Assembly (NCBI GenBank): GCA_036495805.1
Contig: DASXMG010000009.1
Location: 45,596-109,595 of the forward strand
Origin: Steroidobacteraceae bacterium
GTDB lineage: Bacteria; Pseudomonadota; Gammaproteobacteria; Steroidobacterales; Steroidobacteraceae
Length of the DNA: 64,000 nt
Direction: 5' to 3'
The stretch's first letter is position 1, and each line of letters starts with the position of its first letter. Below are positions 10,373-18,183 of the stretch, piece after piece. Under the pieces are notes generated by a model. It had not been told where the DNA came from, ran no database searches, and worked only from the letters and a program-made list of their open reading frames with translations. A program made the translations under genes and the position numbers.

Positions 10373-11031
10373 GTGAACAGGCCGTCAAACCTGAGCGATT
10401 GCGCATCAACGAGATCTTTCTTTCGTTGCAAGGCGAGGCTGACCGCGTCGGCTTCCCAACGGTGTTCGTGCGCCTCACGGGTTGCCCGCTGCGCTGCCAG
10501 TATTGCGATACCGAATACGCTTTTCACTCCGGGGACTGGTTCGATCTCGACGCCATCCTGAGCAAGGTTCGCGAGCTCGAGGCCCGGTATGTTTGCGTGA
10601 CCGGCGGCGAGCCCTTGGCACAGCCGAATTGCTTGAAATTACTCGAACGCCTGTGCGACTTAGGCTTTAGCGTGTCGCTGGAGACCAGCGGGGCGCTCGA
10701 CATAGCCGCGGTGGATCCGCGGGTTTCGCGCGTGATCGATGTCAAGACGCCGGCGTCCAACGAAGCTTCACGCAACCGCCTGGAAAATTTCGCGCATCTT
10801 TCGCAGAGCGACCAGCTCAAATTCGTGATTTGTTCGCGCGCGGACTATGACTGGAGCAAGGCCTTCCTGCTCGAGCATGACCTGCAGGAGCGCTGCCGCA
10901 TCCTCTTTTCGCCCAGCTACAGTCAGCTCTCGCCCACCTTGTTGGCTGATTGGATTTTGGCGGATCACCTATCCGTCCGGTTTCAGATTCAGCTTCACAA
11001 GGTTCTGTGGGGCGATGTGCCCGGTAAATGA
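10369..11031 (+). CDS. queE: 7-carboxy-7-deazaguanine synthase QueE (radical SAM)
   Basis: [36 protein letters not shown] motif. TTG start overlaps the cpoB stop. Confidence 0.92.
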   Translation: MSEQAVKPERLRINEIFLSLQGEADRVGFPTVFVRLTGCPLRCQYCDTEYAFHSGDWFDLDAILSKVRELEARYVCVTGGEPLAQPNCLKLLERLCDLGFSVSLETSGALDIAAVDPRVSRVIDVKTPASNEASRNRLENFAHLSQSDQLKFVICSRADYDWSKAFLLEHDLQERCRILFSPSYSQLSPTLLADWILADHLSVRFQIQLHKVLWGDVPGK

Positions 11032-11723
11032 CCGCGGCCGCCTCAACCGCGCAACGGAAGCGCGCCGTCGTATTGCTTTCCGGCGGCCTCGACTCGGCCA
11101 CGGTGCTCGCCATGGCGCGCGCGATAAATTACCAGTGCTACGCGCTGAGCGTCGAATACGGCCAGCGGCATCGCGCCGAACTCGACGCAGCTCAGCGAGT
11201 CGCAGCGGCACTCGGGGCCCATGAGCATCGGATCATGCGCGTGGACCAGGCGGGGATCGGAGGTTCGGCGTTGACTGACGTCAGTATCGCGGTGCCCGAA
11301 ACACCGCAGCCGGGGATTCCAACGACCTATGTGCCGGCACGCAATACGCTATTTTTGTCGCTGGCGTTGGGATGGGCCGAAGTGATTGGTGCCAACGATA
11401 TTTTTCTGGGTGTCAACGCGGTGGACTTTTCGGGCTATCCGGATTGCCGGCCCGCCTTCATTCAAGAATTCGAAAAACTGGCGCAATTGGCCACCAAGGC
11501 CGGCCTCGAAGGCGCGCGCTTCAAGATTCACGCACCGCTGCTCGAGATGAGCAAGGCGGACATCATCCGCGCCGGCCTTAAGCTTGGGGTGGATTTCAGC
11601 GCCACCGTGTCGTGCTATCAGGCCGACGCCGACGGCCGGGCCTGCGCCAGGTGCGATTCCTGCCGGCTGCGGGCCGCAGGCTTCGCTTCGGCCAACACGC
11701 CCGATCCCACGCGTTATGCCTAA
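11028..11723 (+). CDS. queC: 7-cyano-7-deazaguanine synthase QueC
   Basis: [20 protein letters not shown]-loop, C-terminal Cys cluster C…CxxCxxC, ATGA overlap with queE. Confidence 0.95.
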   Translation: MTAAASTAQRKRAVVLLSGGLDSATVLAMARAINYQCYALSVEYGQRHRAELDAAQRVAAALGAHEHRIMRVDQAGIGGSALTDVSIAVPETPQPGIPTTYVPARNTLFLSLALGWAEVIGANDIFLGVNAVDFSGYPDCRPAFIQEFEKLAQLATKAGLEGARFKIHAPLLEMSKADIIRAGLKLGVDFSATVSCYQADADGRACARCDSCRLRAAGFASANTPDPTRYA

Positions 11724-11781
11724 GGCGGCCCTTTGGCGGTGATCTGGCGTCGAAGTTCGGCTATGATGCGCGCCTGCAAAT

Positions 11782-11857
11782 GGGACGGTAGCTCAGTTGG
11801 TAGAGCAAGGCCCTTTTAAGGCTTTGGTCCTGGGTTCGAGTCCCAGCCGTCCCACCA
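11782..11857 (+). tRNA. tRNA-Lys (anticodon UUU)
   Basis: Hand-folded cloverleaf. Acceptor GGGACGG/CCGTCCC, D arm GCTC/GAGC, anticodon stem AGGCC/GGCTT with loop CTTTTAA, T arm CTGGG-TTCGAGT-CCCAG, encoded CCA. Confidence 0.95.
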
Positions 11858-12052
11858 CTTAAATCAATACGTTGGCGCATTGAGATTACTCGGTCGCAAG
11901 AAGTTTAAATTAATAAAATCAATTAGATACTATATAAACATAGATTGAGTCTAATAAATTGCCGTATGGTCTCGGTCTCGGAATCGCCGAACAGAGGTCG
12001 CGAAATCGCAAACACCGTGGTCCATTTGAGCTTTAGAAAAGACCAAATGAGC

Positions 12053-12058
12053 TATAAT
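12053..12058 (+). promoter_or_regulatory. consensus -10 hexamer TATAAT, probable promoter of the Xre/RES pair
   Basis: Perfect TATAAT 26 nt upstream of ATG 12084, flanked by a duplicated TGAGCT (12027-12032, 12047-12052) that could be an operator. Confidence 0.35.
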
Positions 12059-12083
12059 GCCAGCGTACCGAAGGAAGCCTGAT

Positions 12084-12524
12084 ATGGCCGCAGACCCACC
12101 CATAATCGACGAGGTTCTCGGTCCTTTGCCGGGCGCAAAATATCCGTATCGCCTTGCGAAGCTACACGAACTGGTGGGCCAAGGGCTGCCGGCAAGCGTA
12201 ATCAGCCGCCTTGAAAAGACCTTGCACCTCACCGCGCCCCAGAGCGCGCGAATCCTGGCCGTTAGCGAGACCTCCCGTAAGCGCTTTAAGCAAATGCCGC
12301 GCAAGCGTTTGGACAGTGCCGTCTCCGATCGAATCATGCGCGTCATCAGCACGATTTCCGAGGCTGCTGAAATCTTTGGAGATAGGGCTAAGGCCATCGG
12401 TTGGTTCAAAACACTGAGTCCGGCGCTCGGCGACCGCCAGCCCATCGACCTTATGACCAGTGATCCCGGCGCCAAACTCGTGCGTGACGAGCTGAACCGC
12501 ATCCGCTACGGGCATTGGGCGTGA
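12084..12524 (+). CDS. Xre/MbcA/ParS-like antitoxin (DUF2384 C-terminal domain)
   Basis: C-terminal …AIGWFKTLSPALGDRQPIDLMTSDPGAKLVRDELNRIRYGHWA is typical of RES-partner antitoxins. ATG 12084 has a GGAAG RBS. The TTG at 12057 would fall inside the -10 box. Confidence 0.8.
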   Translation: MAADPPIIDEVLGPLPGAKYPYRLAKLHELVGQGLPASVISRLEKTLHLTAPQSARILAVSETSRKRFKQMPRKRLDSAVSDRIMRVISTISEAAEIFGDRAKAIGWFKTLSPALGDRQPIDLMTSDPGAKLVRDELNRIRYGHWA

Positions 12525-12985
12525 TTGAAGTTTTCCGCCTGGCAGGGGCGGAATTCAAAGATTCCCTTTGGTCGGGCGAAGGCGGACTGCATGTTGATGG
12601 CCGTTGGCACATACCCGGCAAGCGCATTGTTTACACCGCGCAATCTTTGTCGCTGGCGCAGCTTGAAGTGCTCGTCCACATTGCCGATAGACGTCAAATT
12701 CCGACGCTTGCGCAGGCCGTTGCCGTCATTCCGGATACCGTACCAATAGCGACCGTTGACCATTCCGCACTACCCTCGGACTGGCGCCGATTCGCCCCGT
12801 ACTCCGCGATCACACAGCACCTCGGAATGGCGTGGCTCAGCGAGATGTCGACTGCCGTACTCAAGGTACCCTCTGCCGTCAGCGAGACGGAGTGGAACTT
12901 CCTGCTCAATCCTGCGCACACGGACTTCAGATCGCTCAACTTTGGCGTATCGAAAGATTTTTCTATGGATTCTCGTTTGTTGTGA
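12521..12985 (+). CDS. RES-domain toxin (NAD+-degrading MbcT/Res family)
   Basis: G…R(W/F)H.PG..(V/I)VY.A.S...A.LE motif series (DGRWHIPGKRIVYTAQSLSLAQLEVLVH). GTG 12521 overlaps the antitoxin stop (GTGA). Confidence 0.82.
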   Translation: MIEVFRLAGAEFKDSLWSGEGGLHVDGRWHIPGKRIVYTAQSLSLAQLEVLVHIADRRQIPTLAQAVAVIPDTVPIATVDHSALPSDWRRFAPYSAITQHLGMAWLSEMSTAVLKVPSAVSETEWNFLLNPAHTDFRSLNFGVSKDFSMDSRLL

Positions 12986-13025
12986 CACACCCGATACAAA
13001 ATGCTGTTTGAGAACGGCCGACGCG

Positions 13026-15464
13026 CTAAACCTGCGGGCGATCGTCGATGAGCCTCACGGGACCTGCGCTTCGAGTGTGGTGAGAAGATTCCGATCTGCG
13101 GTACAGCCGATTGATTTGCTGAATGAGTTCCTCGCATAAAAAGGGCTTGATCAGGAGCGACAATCCGTATGAGGCGATCGCTTCCCTCGTTTGCGATCTG
13201 GTGTCACCGGTCATCACGATGGCAGGAAGATTCCATGCAAGAGTGGCGCGCAGCCACTTAATGCTCTCAATGCCGTTCATTGGACCCTGGAGGTTGTAAT
13301 CACATAACACTAGCTCAGGAACCAATCCTTTCTGCTGGATCAGGGCGGCCCCGTCGCTAGCCGTCGCAGCTGCAATGACGCAGATGTCTCTCGAGGTCAG
13401 CATCCGATTGAGCGCAGAGCGTACAGACGTTTCGTCTTCGATGACCAGGACTGTGCCGCGGAAAGGCGCGGCGTCAACGTCGGGTATTGGCACTGATTCA
13501 GATGCAACGACATCCGCTCGACCCCGCGGAACCTCAATGGAAAAGGCGGTGCCCTTCCCCGGCGTGGAGCGCACTTCAATCCTATGATCCAATATTTCTC
13601 CCAGTCGCTTGACGATTGCCAGGCCTATTCCGAAGCCGCCGCGCTCAGGGCCGCAATAGTATTCTTCGAATATGTGGGGCAGCTGATCTCCCGCGATGCC
13701 GATGCCGGTATCCCAAACTTCGATCCGAATCCTTTCGCCGGCGCGTCGGCAACCCAACAGGATCTTCCCTCGATCGGTGTAGCGTATTGCATTCGATAGT
13801 AGATTTCGGATCATCTGCTCCAGCATGCGCTTATCGCTATGGACCACGAGATCGGACGGCACCACGCGCCATTGCAAGCGCTTTTCCTCAAGCGGCCAAA
13901 GAAGGTCAATCGCAACGGAATCGAATAGTGCATTGACAGCGAAGTCGCTCATCGATGGACGGAGGTTTCCAGTTTCGAGTCGATTGATATTGAGCAGGCT
14001 GGACAACATGCTGGACATCGTATCGATGGAGTGACCCATGCCGACAATAATGTGGCGGTCCTCTTCATCCCGAAGCTGCGGTTTAAGCGCCCCTAGCAGC
14101 AGTCGCAAAGTTTGCAAGGGTTGCCGCAGATCGTGACTTGCGGCTGCGAGAAAAATCGATTTGGTACGATCCGCCCGTTCCGCCAGTTTCTGTGCACGCG
14201 ATATCTCTTCTTCGAATCGCTTCCGTTGGGTGATATCGGTCGTCAGGCCCTGGACGCGCACCGGCAATCCGTCTGAATCGAATTGAGCGGTAGCCACTTG
14301 TTCCAGCCACAGGTCGTCATCGCCATCCGCTCGTTGGTAGCGGAATGTCACCGAATAAGAGGGCTTGTCGCGGCTGACGCCGCGCACGCCGGCTGTCAGG
14401 TGCGCGCGATCGTGCGGATGAACTTGTCCTAACATCTCACGCGCGCTGAAAACATCTTTCGATCTGAATCCTAGGATTGCTGCCGCGTTCCGGCTGTGAC
14501 GCACTTGGTCAGCACGCAAATCCCAGTCGAAGGCCATCACGCCTCCGGCGCGAAGCGCCTCTTGGAGCCGCGCCTCCCGGTCTAGAAGCGCGATCTGTTG
14601 ACGCTTTCGTTCGCTAAACAGCGCAGTAAGGACCAGCGCGCCGAATACGATTGCCAAAATACTCGCTTGCGCAGACTGGATGCGCTGCTCCAACGAGACG
14701 TGGGAATCGCCAAAAAGGCCGATGGAAAATGTCGTCGTCTCGACGATCGTAATCGAGCAGATAAACGTTGCCGCGCTGGTTATGCCGGGCGGTAGGCGCG
14801 CCGCCATCCAAACGAACCAAGGGCCGAGAGTGATGACCGCGAGCTCGCCGGTCCAATACGTGTGTGGCAAGAACACCAGGAATGTGCACAGCACGCAGAG
14901 CAACGCGAGCGCCAAAGCACTTTCTGCGGCTTCCCGCCTCGACGGAACATTGCGCATCAACGATGCTGAACCGATCACCAGCGGTGCGACTGTGAGCGTG
15001 CCAAGCGAGTCCGAGGCGAACCAGTGAAACCACACGGTTGGCACGGATGCGGTCGCATCATCATGGAACCAGATGAATCCCAGCGTACCGACAATACCCG
15101 AAACGGCCGCTCCCGTGATCGTGGCCGCAAACAGCCCGAGCACGCGTCGCAGCGTGTTGAGTTCAAATGGCGAGCCGTACGATCGCTCGATAAGGCCCGC
15201 GACTAGGACGGCCTCACTGGCGTTGGCAATGGAGAAGACGATCGAACTCCAAACGTTGCGATCGCCCAGCAGATTCGCCAGGAATGTCGCGACCATCACC
15301 CCGAGGATAACCGGCCACCGAGCCGCGGAACCCGCGGCTATTAAGAGGCCGGAGGCTACGCCGGCAGCCGGCCAAAAGACGGCGACACCGTCGGGCTGCC
15401 CGAGGAGGGCTAGACTCAGTCGCGCCGACAGGAAACAAGCAATCGCGACTGCCATTGTGGCCAT
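13026..15464 (-). CDS. hybrid sensor histidine kinase (MASE1 membrane domain-PAS-HisKA-HATPase-receiver)
   Basis: About 290-aa polytopic N-terminus, H-box FLAAASHDLRQPLQT, G-boxes DTGIGI and GGFGIGLAIVKRL, C-terminal receiver VLVIEDETSVR…CDYNL. Confidence 0.9.
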   Translation of the reverse strand: MATMAVAIACFLSARLSLALLGQPDGVAVFWPAAGVASGLLIAAGSAARWPVILGVMVATFLANLLGDRNVWSSIVFSIANASEAVLVAGLIERSYGSPFELNTLRRVLGLFAATITGAAVSGIVGTLGFIWFHDDATASVPTVWFHWFASDSLGTLTVAPLVIGSASLMRNVPSRREAAESALALALLCVLCTFLVFLPHTYWTGELAVITLGPWFVWMAARLPPGITSAATFICSITIVETTTFSIGLFGDSHVSLEQRIQSAQASILAIVFGALVLTALFSERKRQQIALLDREARLQEALRAGGVMAFDWDLRADQVRHSRNAAAILGFRSKDVFSAREMLGQVHPHDRAHLTAGVRGVSRDKPSYSVTFRYQRADGDDDLWLEQVATAQFDSDGLPVRVQGLTTDITQRKRFEEEISRAQKLAERADRTKSIFLAAASHDLRQPLQTLRLLLGALKPQLRDEEDRHIIVGMGHSIDTMSSMLSSLLNINRLETGNLRPSMSDFAVNALFDSVAIDLLWPLEEKRLQWRVVPSDLVVHSDKRMLEQMIRNLLSNAIRYTDRGKILLGCRRAGERIRIEVWDTGIGIAGDQLPHIFEEYYCGPERGGFGIGLAIVKRLGEILDHRIEVRSTPGKGTAFSIEVPRGRADVVASESVPIPDVDAAPFRGTVLVIEDETSVRSALNRMLTSRDICVIAAATASDGAALIQQKGLVPELVLCDYNLQGPMNGIESIKWLRATLAWNLPAIVMTGDTRSQTREAIASYGLSLLIKPFLCEELIQQINRLYRRSESSHHTRSAGPVRLIDDRPQV

Positions 15465-15640
15465 GACAGAAAATGTCCACGGCGGCGCCCATGCCTTTGG
15501 CCCCCGCCCAGCGGCCGATGTTCCTTTCGATTGAAGAATAATGGAACTTCCTGGAACGACCGGGCGATTCTATAGTGAATGGGTCGCAGGTCATAATGCG
15601 TGTCTTGGCTGCTTGCCCTCCTTGCGTTGCTAAATCGAGA

Positions 15641-16834
15641 TCAGGCGGCGGCCGCGAGGTTCAGCAGCGCCGCCGTGTGCTCGGCAATCATGCGCTCCTC
15701 GTCGGTGGGTATGATCCAGACTTCATTGGAGGATTGGTCGCTGCTGATACGGCCGCACTTTCCAGCCTTATTGAGGGCCGGGTCCAGCCGCAGGCCGAGC
15801 CACGCAGAACCTGCCACGATTTCATCCCGTATGCCCGCGTCGTGCTCACCAATGCCGGCCGTGAAGACCAGCCCGTCGAGTCCGCCGAGCGCCGCCGCCA
15901 TCGAGCCGATTTCGCGAATCACCCGGTAGACGAAAAGGGCGATGGCTTCGGCGGCCGCAGCGCTTGCCGAGCCATGTAGCTCGCGCATGTCGGAGGAGAT
16001 CCCTGAGACGCCGAGCAGTCCGCTGCGCCGATAGATCAAGTTCTCGATCTCACGTGCGCCCATCTTGTGCTGATCCATCAGGTAAACCAGGACTCCGGGA
16101 TCGATCGAGCCACAGCGGGTGCCCATCATCAGGCCTTCCACGGCAGTGAAGCCCATCGTGGAAGCGACACTCCTGCCATTGTGCACGGCGCACAGACTCG
16201 CTCCATTACCCAGATGGGCGATCACCACCCGGCCCGCAGCCAGCCTTGGGGCGAGGTCACGCAGACGGCGGCTCACGAACTCGTAGGAAATCCCATGAAA
16301 GCCATAGCGAAGGACGCCTTCCTCCCTCAGAGCAATCGGTAGCGCATAGCTGCGTGCGATCATCGGCTGGCTCACGTGGAAGCTGGTGTCGAAGCACGCC
16401 ACCTGGGGCAGATCGGGCACAGCAGCCGCAATGGTGCGAATGGGCCGCAGATTGTGGGGCTGATGGAGCGGGGCGAGCGGCACGAGCGTCTCGAGATCGG
16501 CTAACACTGCGGCATCGACGCGCTCGGGCGCCACGTGCCGGGTACCGCCGTGCACCACGCGATGCCCGACGGCTGAGATCGCGCCGGCACCCAACTGCTT
16601 CTGGATGACAGTGATGATTGCGCGCGTTGCGGCGTCGTGGTCGAACCCCGCAGCCTGCCATTTCTGCTCATGCAGCTGCGCACCATCGGCATCCTTCAGA
16701 TCAAGTCGCGGCGCGATGCCGATGGCTTCAACCTGGCCCCGGAGAATCAGCGCCACGTCGGGTCCGGCGTTGCGCACGGCGAACTTGATGCTGGAGGAGC
16801 CGGCGTTGAGCACCGCGAGGTAACGCGGCTTCAT
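15641..16834 (-). CDS. ackA: acetate kinase
   Basis: MKPRYLAVLNAGSSSIKFAV N-terminus, 397 aa. ATG at 16834 overlaps the pta stop by 1 nt (TGATG). The 515-aa ORF in the track is an Arg-rich upstream extension. Confidence 0.95.
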   Translation of the reverse strand: MKPRYLAVLNAGSSSIKFAVRNAGPDVALILRGQVEAIGIAPRLDLKDADGAQLHEQKWQAAGFDHDAATRAIITVIQKQLGAGAISAVGHRVVHGGTRHVAPERVDAAVLADLETLVPLAPLHQPHNLRPIRTIAAAVPDLPQVACFDTSFHVSQPMIARSYALPIALREEGVLRYGFHGISYEFVSRRLRDLAPRLAAGRVVIAHLGNGASLCAVHNGRSVASTMGFTAVEGLMMGTRCGSIDPGVLVYLMDQHKMGAREIENLIYRRSGLLGVSGISSDMRELHGSASAAAAEAIALFVYRVIREIGSMAAALGGLDGLVFTAGIGEHDAGIRDEIVAGSAWLGLRLDPALNKAGKCGRISSDQSSNEVWIIPTDEERMIAEHTAALLNLAAAA

Positions 16835-17811
16835 CAAGCGGCTGCCTTGAACGCCTTCGCTTGCTCCGCCCGCCGCGCGGCCACCAGAAGCGAGGCGACC
16901 GCGCACGAGGCCATGCGCGCAAGCAGGCTGTCCGCGCGACTGGTCAGGATGATCGGCACCTTCGCACCAAGCACGATCCCCGCGGCATCGGCACCGGCTA
17001 GAAAGCTCAGGCTCTTGGCCAGCATATTTCCGGCCTCGAGATCCGGTACCACCAGCACATTGGCGCGGCCCGCGACCGGAGAGACGATACGCTTGATCGC
17101 CGCCGCTTCGACATTGATCGCGTTGTCTAGCGCCAGAGGGCCGTCGAGCACAGCGCCGCTGATCTGGCCGCGATCGGCCATCTTGCACAGTGCCGCGGCG
17201 TCAATCGTCGATGCTACCTTCGAGGTGACCGTCTCCATCGCGCTGAGGATTGCCACCCGCACTTCGTCGAAGCGGATCGCTTTGGCCAGTTCGATGGCAT
17301 TCTGGATGATGTCCGCCTTCTCCTCGAGCGTCGGTGCGATGTTCACCGCGGCATCCGTGATGATCAGCGGCGTTGCATAACCGGGCACGTCCATAACGAA
17401 ACAATGGCTGACGCGGCGCACGGTCCGGAGGCCGGTTTCGCGCGCCACCACCGCGGCCATGACTTCGTCGGTGTGCAGGCTGCCCTTCATCAGTGCTTGG
17501 GCGCGGCCCTCGCGCACCAGCTCAACGGCGCGCGCCGCGGAACCGTGGCTGTGCTCGGCGGAGACGATGAGAAACGCACCGATATCGAGGTCAGCGGCCT
17601 CGGCCACCGCGTGTATCTTTGCTTTGGGCCCCACCAAGATCGGCTCGATCAGGCCCGCTTTGGCGGCCTCGAGAGCTGAACTCAGCGAGGCGTCATCGCA
17701 AGGATGCACCACCGCAGTTGGAATTGGGGGCAGTTCCCGCGCGGCGGCGAGCAGCCGTTCATAACGCGTGTGAGGCCTTGTGGATTTTTCGCTCATTGGT
17801 TTGCACTCCAA
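16834..17811 (-). CDS. pta: phosphate acetyltransferase (short PTA_PTB type)
   Basis: 325-aa PTA_PTB-family sequence (…VVHPCDDASL…, …GRANVLVVPDLEAGNMLAKSL…) directly upstream of ackA. The start could instead be the ATG five codons downstream, at 17796. Confidence 0.9.
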   Translation of the reverse strand: MECKPMSEKSTRPHTRYERLLAAARELPPIPTAVVHPCDDASLSSALEAAKAGLIEPILVGPKAKIHAVAEAADLDIGAFLIVSAEHSHGSAARAVELVREGRAQALMKGSLHTDEVMAAVVARETGLRTVRRVSHCFVMDVPGYATPLIITDAAVNIAPTLEEKADIIQNAIELAKAIRFDEVRVAILSAMETVTSKVASTIDAAALCKMADRGQISGAVLDGPLALDNAINVEAAAIKRIVSPVAGRANVLVVPDLEAGNMLAKSLSFLAGADAAGIVLGAKVPIILTSRADSLLARMASCAVASLLVAARRAEQAKAFKAAA

Positions 17812-17860
17812 AAACGTCCGGACCTGCGTGGATTATGTATCGCGATGCTCGCCTTCGGTG

Positions 17861-17927
17861 CTGCCCTTTTGGGCAGAACTTCGTGCCTGTTCGCCCAGTT
17901 GCTCCGCCCGCGTTTCAGACTGACGAT
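17861..17927 (+). promoter_or_regulatory. conserved box1-box2 / -35 / -10 element, copy A (upstream of the sdaA-like gene, divergent from pta)
   Basis: CTGCCCTTTTGGGCAG-AACTTC-GTGCCTGTTCGCCCAG-TTGCTC-17 nt-GACGAT. Same architecture as copies at 24148, 40140 and 58467(-). Confidence 0.55.
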
Positions 17928-18018
17928 CCAAAGGGCAGACGCGTGTCGCATGCACGTGTGGGGCAGGTTGGAAGAAGCATCCATCCCGCCGTTGGCAGAT
18001 AGACTTCAAGGAGGCCGC

Positions 18019-18183
18019 GTGTCCGAAAACAATGGCAAAGATCGACATGGTCCGCTCGCGGCAAAAGATTTCCACCTCGAGCCGGCGGTTCCCGAGGGTT
18101 CTGACCGGCGCGCGTTCCTGGTGCGAAGCGCACTCGCGACGGCGATTGCGATGTTGACGGGCCGGGCTATTCCGGCAAGCGCG
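18019..18183 (+). other. putative Tat signal peptide coding segment
   Basis: S-D-R-R-A-F-L-V matches S/T-R-R-x-F-L-K. It is followed by the h-region SALATAIAMLTG and an AxA site (ASA|Q). Confidence 0.5.

Noticed and set aside
10300-11100. Search for a preQ1 riboswitch ahead of queE/queC.
   Set aside because: queE overlaps the cpoB stop and queC overlaps the queE stop, so there is no leader region in which a riboswitch could sit.
11858-12056. Possible attachment site or integrase-bearing genomic island at tRNA-Lys.
   Set aside because: No integrase, excisionase or transposase ORF follows. I could not find by eye a direct repeat of the tRNA 3' end downstream. Only the small TA cassette is reported.
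16835-17188. 118-codon N-terminal extension of the ackA ORF (the 515-aa version in the ORF track).
   Set aside because: The extension is Arg-rich nonsense that overlaps the pta coding region. The canonical MKPRYLAVLNAGSSSIKF start at 16834 is coupled to the pta stop.
17876-17881. GAACTT resembling an ECF/RpoE-type -35.
   Set aside because: It is present only in copy A. The equivalent positions in copies B, C and E are not conserved (ATTGTT, ACCGTT, AAGTC).
17871-17887. Reading of GGGCAG-N6-GTGCC (and its reverse complement AGGCAC…CTGC) as a sigma54 -24/-12 promoter.
   Set aside because: In all four copies the GG-to-GC spacing is 11 nt (or 12) instead of the near-invariant 10, and the -12 TTGC is not matched. 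On the reverse strand the orientation would also be inconsistent between loci.
17704-18018. Upstream part of the 640-aa sdaA ORF, including the in-frame ATG at 17950.
   Set aside because: It would overlap pta and the whole divergent control region and has no RBS. The GTG at 18019 has a perfect AAGGAGG and lies downstream of the predicted transcription start.
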